The position numbers and the translations under genes were made by a program. The notes beneath the pieces are model-generated. The model had not been told where the DNA came from. It saw nothing but the letters and a program-made list of their open reading frames with translations, and made no database searches. Shown here in pieces: positions 48,230-61,122 of a stretch of 64,000 nt of DNA (positions are counted from its first letter, which is position 1; the number at the start of each line of letters is the position of its first letter). Location: the NCBI GenBank assembly GCA_949358305.1, contig OX442314.1, forward strand, positions 12,090,001 to 12,154,000, in the 5' to 3' direction. The DNA comes from Strigamia acuminata. Its lineage: Eukaryota.

Positions 48230-50133
48230 CTTAAAAAAAATAAAAGGAGTTCCTCAATTTTACCCGAGTTACTAGCAGGTGCTAGTCAGATTTCATTTTA
48301 TACCGCTAGGTGGCAAACGATTATTATTTTTAACTAAAAATGGTATAATTATTATATATCTTACGGAAAAGATACTTCTATGTTTAAATTATTAAATTTT
48401 CTGATTAAAATTTAGGCTTTTGGCTTTGTTATTGTTCGTTTTGTTTGGATTATTGAAAAAAGTTTAATTTAAAATTGTACCCTCTACGATTCCGTAGGCA
48501 GATTCTGTTTACTTCCTGCATCCATTCCTCGATCCATTCCGTGAAGTTTATTTATAAGTTATTAATTTTTTTTTTTTTTTTTTAAAAAGAACGAAATAAA
48601 TAGATAAAACGGGGAAATGTAATTTCATTACTTTAATAATCCCATCGCAAAAATATTTTCTGGCTTTTACAACTGACGTATTACAATTTTCTTTCCTCTT
48701 TCAAGTAAACAATTCAACAAAGGCCGTACGAAAATAGATGATCTGCTATAACTACACTCGATTACACACAAATTTTGCCAAATTTGCCTCTAAAAAGCAC
48801 ACTAAAAGATAAAAAAAATAATTAAATAAACTACAATTTGATCATGACCAGAAATTAATGGTATACAACTAAAAATTACTTGAGTGGCCTATTAAATTCC
48901 TTCCAAACAAAAAATTAAAACAATTTGAAAACCCACAAACACAAGGTCATATTAATTGTCAAATTTGTATAATTTAAAAAAAAAATTTTTTAAGCATTTT
49001 TGTTTCAAATTCCTAATGAGTACATTTGGCAAATGGAAGAACTCAACATGGCACCTCTGCTTTCTAACAAAGAATACAATTATTAATTTATTTATTTATT
49101 ACAATGTCATAAACTCTCTCAATCGCCTTTGTGCCAAACTATTCCTGTCAAAATATCACAGTGCAAAGTTTCTTCCTTTCTAAGAACTATCCAGTAGCTG
49201 CATACCATGTTAAGACGAAAAATTTCAAAACACAAAACAAAAAATCTTTGATTTTTTTACCACCACTTCCAACAACCTCACGAACTTTGATGAAATGATT
49301 TGAAATGAATGTTTTTTTTTGCAAGTTAAGATTTCACAAAAAAAAAAAATAATAATAATAATAAAAAATGTTTTTTTGCATATTATAAATGCAATTGCTC
49401 GTTGAACATTCTAAATCTACTCCAACTAAATGTCTACTTAAAGTAGATATTACCGAGATACTATAATATGAATATTGAGAAAAATTACAAACTAAAAGTA
49501 TTGTGTTGCACAGCACTTATTCCTGTCTTAAATTGATAATCATATTAAACTACAATATGGAATAGAAATTTCAACTGCATAATGATGATTGAACATGCAT
49601 GTAAAAGCTTGTTTTTTTCCCTGTAAAATGGATAAATATTTTTCAAGTAAACAATATCAGGTTATAGTTTGTTAGATCACTGTTATTATCAGTTACCTTA
49701 AGTACATTTTTTCTCAATTTTTAAAAATCAAATAAACCAAAAAAGAACAAACAACAAACTCCATAACTTACACAAAACGACAAAAAACACACAATAGATA
49801 ATACAAAAAATATTTTTTTTTAGTTGCATCATTGAATTTTTTTACCATTAAAATTACACATTTTTTTTTTAAAAATTAAAAATTTAAATATAAATTTTTG
49901 TTCCTGCAAAAAATTCTAAATGACGAAATAGTAAAAGTAGTTTTATATATACAAATTCATTTTTCCCTGACAAAAAAAGAAAATAACCAAAAGTTGCAAA
50001 CATCCTCCAATTTTCAATTGAATTAGTCCAAAAACTGAGATAAAATCGATTTTCTCCTCCAAAAAAAAACCAAAATAAAAAAAACAATTAAAAACAAGAA
50101 TAACATTAATAATTATCACTGTGGTGCCGCGTT

Positions 50134-53100
50134 TCACTCTCTCCTGCTCCGTTTGGTCGACCGAGTGCACCCGACAAAATCCATCTCCCGAAAACTTCTC
50201 GGCTTCTTCACGATTTGTACTTGCGACTGCGCACTCAGCTGCAACTGGATCGCACTAGCGTTCAATTTCTCCGCCAACAGCAGTTCCTTCAACCCTTTCA
50301 TTTTCTCGCTCGTGAGAACGACCCTCGCCGTCTTGCGCGGCTTCTTCTCTTCTGCAGGCACCGTAGTTCCATTTCCAGTAGTGACGTTACTCTCTTTCAG
50401 AAGCTGTTGTCCCTGCAGCATTTCGTTCGGACTTTCAGCTTTCAGCATTGAGTCCATGGTCATTCCAGGAAACGACGTGCCGTTGGACCGCGAGCTCAGG
50501 AAATCGCGACAATCGGCAATGCTCGACGAGCTGCTCGAACGCGACGAAGAAAATGGCTCGCCGCTTCCCAATAAATATTCCGGGTTGAGAATGTTCTCTC
50601 CGCACGCCGCGGCCAGCGCCGCGATGTTCGGATGCGGCGCTTCGTTCGGGTTGATTTGCGTCTCGAGCGACTTGATGAAGTCCGGCGTCCTCCTGTCCGT
50701 TTGATATCCGTGGTTGTCCTTCTGCTTCTTGTCTTTCTGCGGCGTTTTGAACTCGCCGTTGGTTTTCTTCGTCGTGCAGTTCTCTTTTTCCACGTTCTTG
50801 TCCTTTCCGACGGGTTTTCCTTTCGTTTTCTCCTTCTCCACCTCCTTTTCCTTCGCTTTTCCCTTTGGTTTGTCCTTTGCGTCTTTCGGCGCTTCCTTTT
50901 TCTCGCTTTTCACCTCGTGCTCGTCCTCTACGATAATTTCTACCCGATTGCGAACGTCAGATTCAAACTTAGAAATGGAATTGACAAGATGTTTTGCCCA
51001 CCCGATGTGGAGAACAGGAGTCGAGCTGCCTTCCTCCCATCGACATATTCCGTCGTAGAACCTCAGAAGGTGAGCAAAAGCTTCGGGATCTTGCAATAAG
51101 GGCACGGGTTTGTTCTCTCTGCTGCTCGATAGTTTGATGATATTTGGAATTAATTCATTCGCGATTTCTAAGAACTCTTTGTAGATTTCTTCGTCCTCGC
51201 GACTGTAATTATAACTGCAAAAAAATAATTTAGTTTAATTTTTTTAAATGGATTTTTTTGTTTTGGTTTACTTCCGAATAGCAGTTGCAGCATTGGCCCA
51301 TGTTTCTAATGCCTCCTTATAGCACTTATTTCTGTATTGATAGCCACCCAAATAAGTATAAGGATAAACATGTTGATCGTTGTAATGTAACCGGGTAGAT
51401 TTTATGGCTTCGTGAAATAGAATTGAACAATTTGGGCGCTGAGATGTAGGACAAAGCTCTTCCAAATCACCCAAATTGCCCAGTGCCATTGGATATCTAT
51501 TTTTTTTTAAAATTTAAAAATTAAAAATATTTAAAAACTGATCGTATTTTCTTTAATTGTGCATCCGTACACTATTAGACCGGGGTCTAATTAAGCGTTA
51601 GGTAAATGGGAAAACTTCATTTAAATGTCGTGTAAAAACTCAATTTTTCATCACAAATTCAAATTTCTCTCAAATTTTTCCTAACAAATTCAAATTTCTC
51701 TCAAATTATCCCTAAAAAAATTCAAATTTCACTAAATTTTCCATTAAAATAATTCAAAATCACTAAATTTTCCATTAATTAAATTCAAAATTACTACATT
51801 TTCCATTAAAAAATTTCAAAATTATTAAATTTTTCATTAAAATAATTCAAAATCACTAAATTTTCCATTAAAATAATTCACAAGAACTAAATTTTCCATT
51901 AATTTCAAAATCACAAAATTTTCCCTTAAAAATTTCAAATTTTACTCTACAATTACAGATAATAAATTATAAATTATTAGAAAACCGCGGTCTAATATGG
52001 ACTCGTGCACAAATAGAAAAAATACGACAATTTTCAACGACAATTTTTCTCTTTTTCTTCAAAAAAATACTTTTCTAAATGGCCCATATCGTACAAAATC
52101 CAAAGAAGTTGTTGTTGCAGTGTTGCTAGCTCGAGACTATCGGTAGTTGCATTAATGGATGGATTAATCCCCGACACAAGAGCGGCCACTTCCAACGCTC
52201 TTGTGCACTTCACCGGCTGACCGTTTAAATAAAGCCAACTTTTCTCCTCAACTTCCAACGTGATTGGTTCGCCTCGTTTATCCTCATTTCCTTTCCCTAA
52301 AACCAAAAAAATATATATATTAAAATCAAAAACCAAAAAAAAAAAAAAAAAAAAAATACCATGCCATGTAACTTCAGCCGTCTCGCCACCATCTTTACCG
52401 AACGTGACCCACGCGTGATCCTCGGACAACGCTAAATGCACGTCCTTAAACCCCAAAACTTGGCACGCCGCGACCACTGCGTACGCGACACCGAACGAAT
52501 CCAATTTGTTGCCTGCAACATACAAAATTAAACATAAATACAACAGCACGCCTTGACACGATATTTATACCTGCTAATCAATTTCAGGGTCAAGGTCTTT
52601 ACATTTCAACATTTAAAACATGCATCGAATTCGATTAGGAACGAAAAGAAATTTCGTTAAAGAAAAAAAAGGAGGAAAGAAGCCTTTGCTAAAGAACTAA
52701 AGATTAAAAGAGTGGAAATGGTGGAGTTAAAATGGAGTTGGGCGGGAAGAACGTGCTCGGTGCTCACCTGTCAAGTAGCTGTATAACGTCTGCAAATGTG
52801 CCTTGTGTTTGTAGTAGTTTCGTGTTAGCGAAGACCAAATAACGTCAGATACTTTTTTGATTAGGTCGCGATTTGCAAAAGTTGATGTTTTGTATTTACT
52901 CAGGTCGACGGATCCCTTGATTTGTGTGGTGAATTTGCTGTACAAAGCCTCGACGATGGGCAACTCGAGTGCGGGGAATGTTGCATTTGAATCGGGGATT
53001 TTGTCCGTCGGTTCGGCGGGTTGTGTCGGCGATCGGTTGCATGTCAACAGATTTTCAATCGCTCCCAAGAGAATGGACAGTAGGGCCAAGTTGGGTTGGT

Positions 53101-53194
53101 CTCCCTTTTCGAGGTGCAATTTGCATAAACTCACCACGTCTTGTATACTTTTTATAGGAAACAATCGCTTCTCGCGATCGCGAAATCCCGCCAT
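50134..53194 (-). CDS. MEN1: Menin, multi-exon
   Basis: [124 protein letters not shown]...[12 protein letters not shown]. Confidence 0.97.
51543..52026. mobile_element. MITE with ~45-bp imperfect TIRs (CGTATTTT... pogo/Tigger-like end) in a menin intron
   Basis: The left end CGTATTTTCTTTAATTGTGCATCCGTACACTATTAGACC matches the reverse complement of the right end GGTCTAATATGGACTCGTGCACAAATAGAAAAAATACG. The interior holds degenerate ~30-bp A/T repeats. Confidence 0.7.
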
Positions 53195-53537
53195 ATTGAA
53201 ATGTCATGTTACGCATACGCGACCAGTTCAACTTTTTTTTTTTTATATATATGTATTTTTTTTATTTATAAATTGTTAAATCAATAAATAATCTGACTAA
53301 AACTATTTTTAGAAATATATTTCTCGTTTTTATTATTTTTATTAGGGTTTTCCACGTTACGACATCACGATTTCTTTTTTTTTTCATAAATCGGGGACAG
53401 CCTTCGACATCAAACTTCAATTACGCAAAATAAAAACGTTTTTTTTCTTCCTTTTATTATTACTTCATGTTCCATCTAATTAAAAAATAATTAAATAAAT
53501 TCAAATTCTAAGAAAAACCGTCAGTAGACGGGGTCTC

Positions 53538-53545
53538 TGACGTCA
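53538..53545. promoter_or_regulatory. CRE palindrome in the 400-bp MEN1/CLPTM1 head-to-head promoter
   Basis: TGACGTCA lies between divergent ATGs at 53194 (-) and 53594 (+). Confidence 0.45.
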
Positions 53546-53593
53546 ATTATCAATATTTTTTCCCCCATTTATCACAGCGCCCTCTTAAACAAA

Positions 53594-56427
53594 ATGGCGT
53601 GTGCCGGAGAAGGCGATGGGCACGCTGAAGTGAAAGCGTCCTGTGATTCAGACAAACAAATGGTCCAAACACAACTTTCAACGAACACAACACCGAATGG
53701 AGAGGTAAAATAACATCTTCACACGAAAATTGCGTGATCGAACAACGAAAATGAAAATAAAAATGCAATTAAAGCACGCCATGACTGGCCAATTTCCTCA
53801 TACATTAACCCTTGTGTTTACAGATCAGCCACGTGACGGATCAGACGGCAGCTACAACTGAAAATGCGCAAGCGGAAAACAATGCTCGAGTTTCGTTTTT
53901 CGGCATCGCTAAAAGTTTAATGGTTCGAGCGCTAATTATTTATTTCATAACGAGCTTCTTTCGGTCACCGCAAACACAAAATACAGGAAACGAAGCTAGG
54001 AAACCGTCCAGTAATTTATTTGTCAATGGAACTGCGATGGTAACGTTTAATTAGCGCTTAATTAACGTTTCCGGACCATATTTAAATTGTTTTTTTTTCG
54101 GTTTATTTCAGGACATGTACGTTTATTTATCAGAAGAGGAATTTTTTCAAGATTTTAATAATTCCAAGGCGTTAGTGTGGCTGCAAAAAGATTTGATGTA
54201 CGGGGATTGGGAAAGCGGTGAAAATGGAGACGGAAGTTACAGAAATGAAATGCAAATTCCGGCATCAAAGGTTGAATATTTGATTTAACTTGGGTTGTAC
54301 CGAATATTTGGCACAATACCACGGCCTACTAACCAGATAATAAGGATAAAAAATGCAATTTTTACGTAAAATATTCAATTTTCTCCTAAATATTGGTCGA
54401 ATATACGAATACAAACCGAATATACGGTGCAACTCTGAATTAAATTAATGTTAATTAACGGGTTTTTTTAAATTTATACGTTTTTGCAGTCTCTATTGAA
54501 CAATGGATCTCTGTACATCCACGTGTATTTTGTTAAAGCTGGTCGGACTCCGGACCCAGTTGCAAAGGCGAAATATACTAGAAAATTTACCGTTTCGAAG
54601 TACAAAAGTGAGTCTAGTACACGAATTAATTTTAATTTTCACGTTCTAATTGAATTTTTCGGTTTAGTGTTGACTAGATATAAAAAAACAACTCAGAAGT
54701 TGCAGCGTTTGCTCATGAGTGACGCACCAATCGAAGAAACGAAACCTGTAATCGTTTTGGAAAGAGATTTTTTTTATTTTTACGATTAATTTGATTATGA
54801 TTTTAGGCGAAACCGGGTGCAATCGTTTCCCACTGGCACCCGAATTTGACTATTAACATTATAAATGACCAAACCCAATGGGTGCAAGGAAGTATACCAC
54901 CTCCATTGGACGAATGTAACGATTTTTTTGATTTTTTTTCTCGAGCGGAATTTAATTTATTTAATTATTTCAGACGTTCAATTCGAACCGACTTCAGGAA
55001 AATATTTTCCAATTGTATACTTAAACGATTACTGGAATTTGAATCGTGATTATCAACCAATTAACGAAACAACACCGTAAGAAAGTGTTAATTTTGTTAA
55101 TTTTGCTGCGTTTTAACACGATTTTTGGTTCGTAGAATTCTTAACTTTACCGTGACTTACCAGCCGATTAGTTTATTCAAGTGGCAAATGTACACAGCTC
55201 AGTCGATGAGATCTCGATGGACCGCCAACATCTTTGGAGATAATGCAATTGAGGAATCGGACGACGAACAAGATTCGCTTAAAGAAGCGATTGTCGAAAC
55301 AAATCCTTACCTTTTAGGCATTACTGTTGTAGTCTCCATTCTGCACACTGTTTTCGAATTACTGGCTTTCAAAAACGGTACGAAATGAAAATCTAGACAA
55401 TTTTGATTGAGTTTTGAATTTTTATTTTGTGATTTTTCAGATATTCAATTCTGGAAAAATCGTCGTTCTTTGGAAGGTCTTTCAGTTCGATCCGTGTTCT
55501 TTAACGTGTTCCAGTCTCTGATTGTGTTGCTGTACGTATTGGATAACGAAACCAACACATTAGTTAGGATTAGTGTTTTTATTGGATTGGCTATTGATAT
55601 TTGGAAAATACAAAAAGTGGTTAATATAGAGGTATGTAAACAGAATTAAGTGGTTTTGCTGTTTAAACACTTAGAAAATGGTTACATTTTTGTCGTTTTC
55701 AGAGAGTCGGAGGCGAGAAAATGTTAGGATTTATACCAAAAATTAAAATATCGGATAAAGGATCGTACGCCGAGTCAGCTACTAAAGAATACGATATGGT
55801 ATAAACTGATTTAACGGAATTCACGTGGATTTTTTGAACTAAAAAATTGATTTTCAGATGGCTTTCCGCTATTTATCGTGGCTCCTTTATCCCCTTCTAT
55901 TTGGATACGCTATTTATTCGGTACTGTACCAAGAACACAAGGGGTGGTACTCGTGGCTTTTGTCAATGTTATACGGATTTTTACTGACTTTCGGTAAATA
56001 TTTGAATTAAATTGAATTTGAGATTAATAATAAATATTTGTACAGGTTTCATCATGATGACGCCTCAGTTGTTCATCAATTACAAACTGAAGTCGGTAGC
56101 TCACATGCCATGGCGCATGATGACTTATAAAGCGCTTAACACATTTATAGATGACATTTTCGCTTTTGTCATTAAAATGCCCACGATGTATCGCATAGGG
56201 TGCTTTCGAGATGGTGCGTAATTTGGTTTTAGCGTCGTTTTAATCGCCATTTTTAATTTTTTTTTTAATTTTTTTAATTTTTAGATATTGTGTTTTTCAT
56301 CTTTCTGTATCAACGATGGGTTTACAGGGTCGACCCGAGTCGAGTGAACGAGTTCGGCACGTCGGCCGAAATGGAGCGGGGAGTTGTCGCTACCGAAAGC
56401 CCGCAAATAGAAAAGAAGACCAACTGA
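53594..56427 (+). CDS. CLPTM1: Cleft lip and palate transmembrane protein 1 (putative ER lipid scramblase), multi-exon
   Basis: NNGSLYIHVYF, SHWHPNLTINI, YLNDYWNL, ETNPYLL, FELLAFKNDIQFW, SLEGLSVRSV, HKGWYSW, MTPQLFINYKLKSVAHMPWRMMTYKALNTFIDD, YQRWVYRVDPSRVNEFG. The C-terminus is EKKTN (KKxx). Confidence 0.95.
54291..54436. mobile_element. Small MITE-like insertion in a CLPTM1 intron
   Basis: Terminal inverted repeats GGGTTGTACCGAATATT and AATATACGGTGCAACTC, with internal GAATA(T/C) subrepeats. Confidence 0.55.
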
Positions 56428-56728
56428 AAATAATATATATTAGAGAATTCTTGACGTGTCAGTAATAATAATATTAATAATTTTTGTTTTTGTTTTGTTT
56501 TTAGTTTTGTATTTAAGTATTACGAGTGTTGGATTTCATCTCGGAATTCAGTATCGACTTTTAAACTATTTTGGTTTTGAAACGTTCAAATGAAATCAGT
56601 TGAACTTGTAATCTGTTATTAGTGACTTTGTTATGTATTATATTGATATTGACATAAATTCGTTCTATAGGAAGTTATTTTGAGTCATTTATTTATTTCC
56701 GACATTCGATTACTGTTTTTTTTACATT

Positions 56729-57382
56729 TTATAATTTTTTCGGGGGGACATTTTCGCAAAATTCACCAATCATGTTCCCGCACGGACTATAGTTAGCGAC
56801 CACGATGAAATTTCCTTTTCCAGACTTCTTTTTCCCAACGCCAAGTTCTTTTGTGCCTTTCCATACCACTTGTGCGAAATGCACCGATTTGATGAGACGT
56901 TGCGGCTCGGTACCGAACTCGTGGTCGTTTATCTCATTGTACCAACTTTCGACCACCTCTTGACCTGAATAAAAATCTAAACATTTATTAATTTCAAACC
57001 ATAGTAATATCAACCTGTTATAGTTTCATTGCTATTGCTCGACCATTTCATAAAAATATTTTCTCCGTATTTGTTGTTTGGACGATGTTCGAATTTGTCC
57101 TCTTTGGCCAATTTTCCGGCCCAATCCATGGCAAAGTGGCAAAGCTAGTTATTTATTTATTTATTTAACAACTAATACGTTCACTATTTTATTAATTACT
57201 TCTCTCGATAATGTGAGGGGTGGATTCCCGTGAATTTCTCTGTATTTATTATGGGCTTCTAAACATTCAGTTTCAAACAACTCGTTGCTGGGAGATGGAT
57301 GCGCACGATTGGAGGAAGAAGCTTCGGACATTTGTTTCGCTGGATGTACTTTTCGAGCCATTGATGCACATTTTTCGGGCAT
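56729..57382 (-). CDS. GAPR-1/GLIPR2-like CAP (SCP) domain protein, 3 exons
   Basis: CLEAHNKYREIHGNPPL, AMDWAGKLA, FEHRPNNKYGENIF, VVESWYNEI, HFAQVVWKGTKELGVG, VVANYSPCGN. Confidence 0.88.
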
Positions 57383-58336
57383 ACAGTAAGAAGAGATGGT
57401 TTATACAATCGCTATTGAATTTAAGCAGTTTTAGGCTTATTGTGGATACGTTATTTAATTAATAATGTAACAGTGGTGTTGGGTTTTATTGTTGTTTGTT
57501 TTGACCCATATACACGTTTAGACAATGTGTGAAATGCTGTTTTTTGTAGGTAAAAACAAGCCGTACAGAGAAGCTTGCTCACGCTAAAATAGTATCAAGT
57601 TTTGAATGTTCCTATCAAAAGAATAATAAACCATTATATTGTTCTGAAATAAAAATTATCTGGAGTAAATAATTGATGTCATTCTGATATATCATTATTG
57701 ATTGACTGATAGCTGAGCATATTTAGCTAGACTTTCAATAATATCCAGTTTTGCTTTAGTAGTTGCTCACGAGTTAGATGTAGTTGCCATTTGTTAATTG
57801 ATATAGGTAAGAATTATATTAATTTTAGAAATTGTTTTAGAAGATTGAAGGTGATTTAGGGTGAATTAATACCGTTTATTACCATACTTTAAATTTAATT
57901 TAATTAAAATTTTTTTTTTTAATCATTAGTAATGAAGCTACATAAAACAGAAATTATCGACGGCGATACACCCTCAACCGATCACATAGAGCAAGAAATC
58001 GAGTACCTGCTTATTATTACCGGTAATGCCGAAGAAGAAAACGAAGAACAAGTCGTGGAAGAAGAAAATGAAGATGTCTCAGATGATGCAGTTACAGCAG
58101 AGAATTCTCCTCAAATACAAGCACAAGTTGACGAAAAAGAAGAAGAAAAAGTTTCAGTAGAGAATACTTCTCCACAACGAGTCGATGAAGAATGAAGATC
58201 AACCAGAAAAGCCGAACCAATGGCGCCGCGAAGTGTGACACGGTGAAGAGGCAGCTTTTTCTGGCTAAAACTAACTCTTAATACCAAATTTTGTATTGCC
58301 AATTTAAACTTTTTTTTTGTTTATTAATATAATAAA

Positions 58337-58531
58337 AAAAAAAGGTTTTAAACGAGTTTACCGGGAGTAGTTGCACTTCTGTATCGGTTCAGTAGTTTTA
58401 ACATCGGCGTTATTACACAAATCTTTACCGGTATCGCATTTGCATATGATTTTCACCATTCTTCGACCATCGTCGTGTTTTTCATATTTGGTTTCATCTG
58501 AAGCATCGACACATGCTTTTTTTAATGATTT
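58337..58531 (-). pseudogene. Orphan second Ly6/three-finger-type terminal exon (partial duplicate or alternative exon)
   Basis: After TTTTAG it reads KSLKKAC...KIICKCDTGKDLCNNA, paralleling the neighbour's ILKEC...ICTCSTHLCN. No intact upstream exons found. Confidence 0.4.
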
Positions 58532-58959
58532 CTAAAATTAAAACCAAAAAAAAAAATTTAAAAATAAAACAATAAATAAAAAAGTTGAATTTAAAAATTT
58601 AAATTCGGTTTTAAAAATTAATATATTTTTTTTCGAAACCATATTTTTCCCCCTTGACTTATTTTTAAGTCTCTATGGTTAAAAGTGTGCATGACATCAT
58701 ACGATGTTCATCTGCAATTAGCAATTCAATGAATGATTTTAATCTGAAGAATTGTTTTTAAAGAAACAAAACCTATGTTGGAAACAAAACGTGATTTATT
58801 TTAAACAAACCTATGAATTATTTTAAAGACATCTTTCGATTATTTTAAACAAACCCACAGATTATTTTAAACAAACCCACAGATTATTTTAAACAAACCT
58901 GTAGATTATATTTTAAACAAGTCAATGAATTATTTTAACTTTTACACATTTAAATAGAT

Positions 58960-59564
58960 TTAAATCAAGTGAACTAAAGTCGTTATAAACGTCAGAACGG
59001 ACATAATAAAGTTGTTGGTAATTCTGTCGTTAGCTTCGTTGCAGAGATGAGTCGAGCACGTACAAATGGTTTTATCTTCTTTGATACTGTGCACTTCGCA
59101 TTTGTCAGATTCTTTCTCTTTTAAGGCCATGCATTCTTTCAAAATATAACCTGAAATAAGAAATAACAAAAATTAGTTTGTGCAAAATTAAAAATGTATA
59201 GATTATCTCACTTTTTCCTTCGCGAACTTCCACAGTTTTCATGCACGATGGAAATTGAGCATTTGATGTGCAAACCTTGTTGAGCTCGCACGCCGTTTCG
59301 TTTTTTTGCGAGTTACATTCAAAACAGTCGAGCGAAACTCCTAAACAGAAAAACATTAAAAAATGACATTAAAAATATACGCAAAACATTAAAAAATGAC
59401 ATTAAAAATATACGCAAAACATTAAAAAATGACATTAAAAATATACGCAAAACATTAAAAAATGACATTAAAAATATACGCAAAACATACTTACCATTCT
59501 GAACAAAAACCAATACGAGTATTCCGGTTAATACAACCAACAAATTCAATCCTGATTGACACAT
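58960..59564 (-). CDS. Ly6/uPAR (three-finger, quiver-like) GPI-anchored protein, 3 exons
   Basis: Signal peptide, LDCFECNS, SCMK, LKEC, CTCSTHLCN and a hydrophobic C-terminal tail. Two phase-1 GT-AG introns. Confidence 0.85.
59350..59488. repeat. Intronic 33-bp tandem repeat
   Basis: AAAACATTAAAAAATGACATTAAAAATATACGC x4. Confidence 0.92.
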
Positions 59565-61122
59565 TATTGATGATTGGCAAATTAGCTTTGTAAATATCAA
59601 GACTGAGCAACTGGAGCTAACTGACTAAAAGTGAAGAAAACTTGCAGATTTATACCTGTTCGGGCGGTCACGTGACCCACGTGATTACGGAAATTAACCT
59701 AGGACTCAATTTGCATATGTAACGCGATATAATTTACGATTGATATATCCATGGATATAATTTGAGGATGAAAAATTCAGTTTTTTGGGTTTTATTTTAT
59801 TCTATTTTTATTTTTTTTAAATAGTTTGATGTATTTTAATGAGTAAGAGCGTGAAATTTGCATTTAATGTGTTGAAATTGGTGGATTATTTATAAAAATA
59901 TGACAAATTAAGAGATTTTGGGGTTTAAAATATTTAAAATATTAACAGCTGTTTTGATAGCCATAATCTTTTATTTGTTCAGATTTACGTTAAGTAAGCA
60001 CTAAATAATGAGAAATAATTTGTTTTATTTGGTTTTGGATGCAATTTGTGGTAAATTGTCATGAAATATTGTGTTTAAACACAGAAAAAGTGATTTTAAA
60101 AAAAATTGCATTGTTTATTTTGATTATTCGATGCATTTAGTGATTAAACGTGTGTAATTTCATGCTGTGTTCCAAAACATTACAAAAATGAAATAATATC
60201 GGCTCGTAAGAGGCAAAAACAGCTGTATGTACAGCATATAATTAGCTACATCTCTATCAAATATAAAAAAATAAGCTTCATTTTATTCCATCACAATTAC
60301 TGTCAGCAAATGATCTTGTGGATAAATCTGGTAAAGAAATGCAGTTTTCCACCAATTTTGAGGGTCTTGTCCCTCACACAAGCAAGCACTTGGCAGAAAA
60401 AACCGTGTACGTGCACGGTTTTATGCTTTTATACAATTTTGTGTGCTTTTACACGATTTTATGTATTTTTATTATGAACAGTGAATCTGATCTGGCTTAG
60501 AGTCCAAAGGGCCCAAACCAAACAAGGAAATATTTCATTTTTTTTAAATTTTATCTGATAATTATTTATTCATTGATTCGTATTGATATGGTTAAAAAGG
60601 CGAGGCTACACGGGTAACATCAAAAAAAAATTTTGCATTTCTCTAATTTTTGTTCTCCCGATCGAACAACGAAGAATTTATTATTTAGAAAGCTGCCAAG
60701 CAATTATCTTATAAAAATTCCATTCCATTCTTTTCCGGCACGCACATTTTCTTTTTTACAGCAGTTCAGTTCTCCCCGCCACCTATTGAGCAAACTTACA
60801 ACAAAACAAGTTGTACACATTTGTCAATAGGTGACAGTTGTGTGATTGCGATAACTATCATATTATCTCGTTGCCAAGGAAGTGCCATCTAACACAGTTA
60901 AACAGATTGGACCCTCTTTTATTGTCAACTCCACACTTACATTACGCAGGTAAGTACGAACCCGTTGCAAATCCTTTCAACAATAAACATTATTTCCATT
61001 TATATTGCACAGATATGAAACTGCAGTAAACAAATCCGTGGATGACGAGTCATAACCATAATCAACCGACACCATGTAACTGCCAAGATCAATTTATCTA
61101 ACTGCCACACGCACTGTCACAA

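Noticed and set aside
50153..51099. Antisense ORFs over the last menin exon
   Set aside because: Shadows of a GC-rich coding exon.
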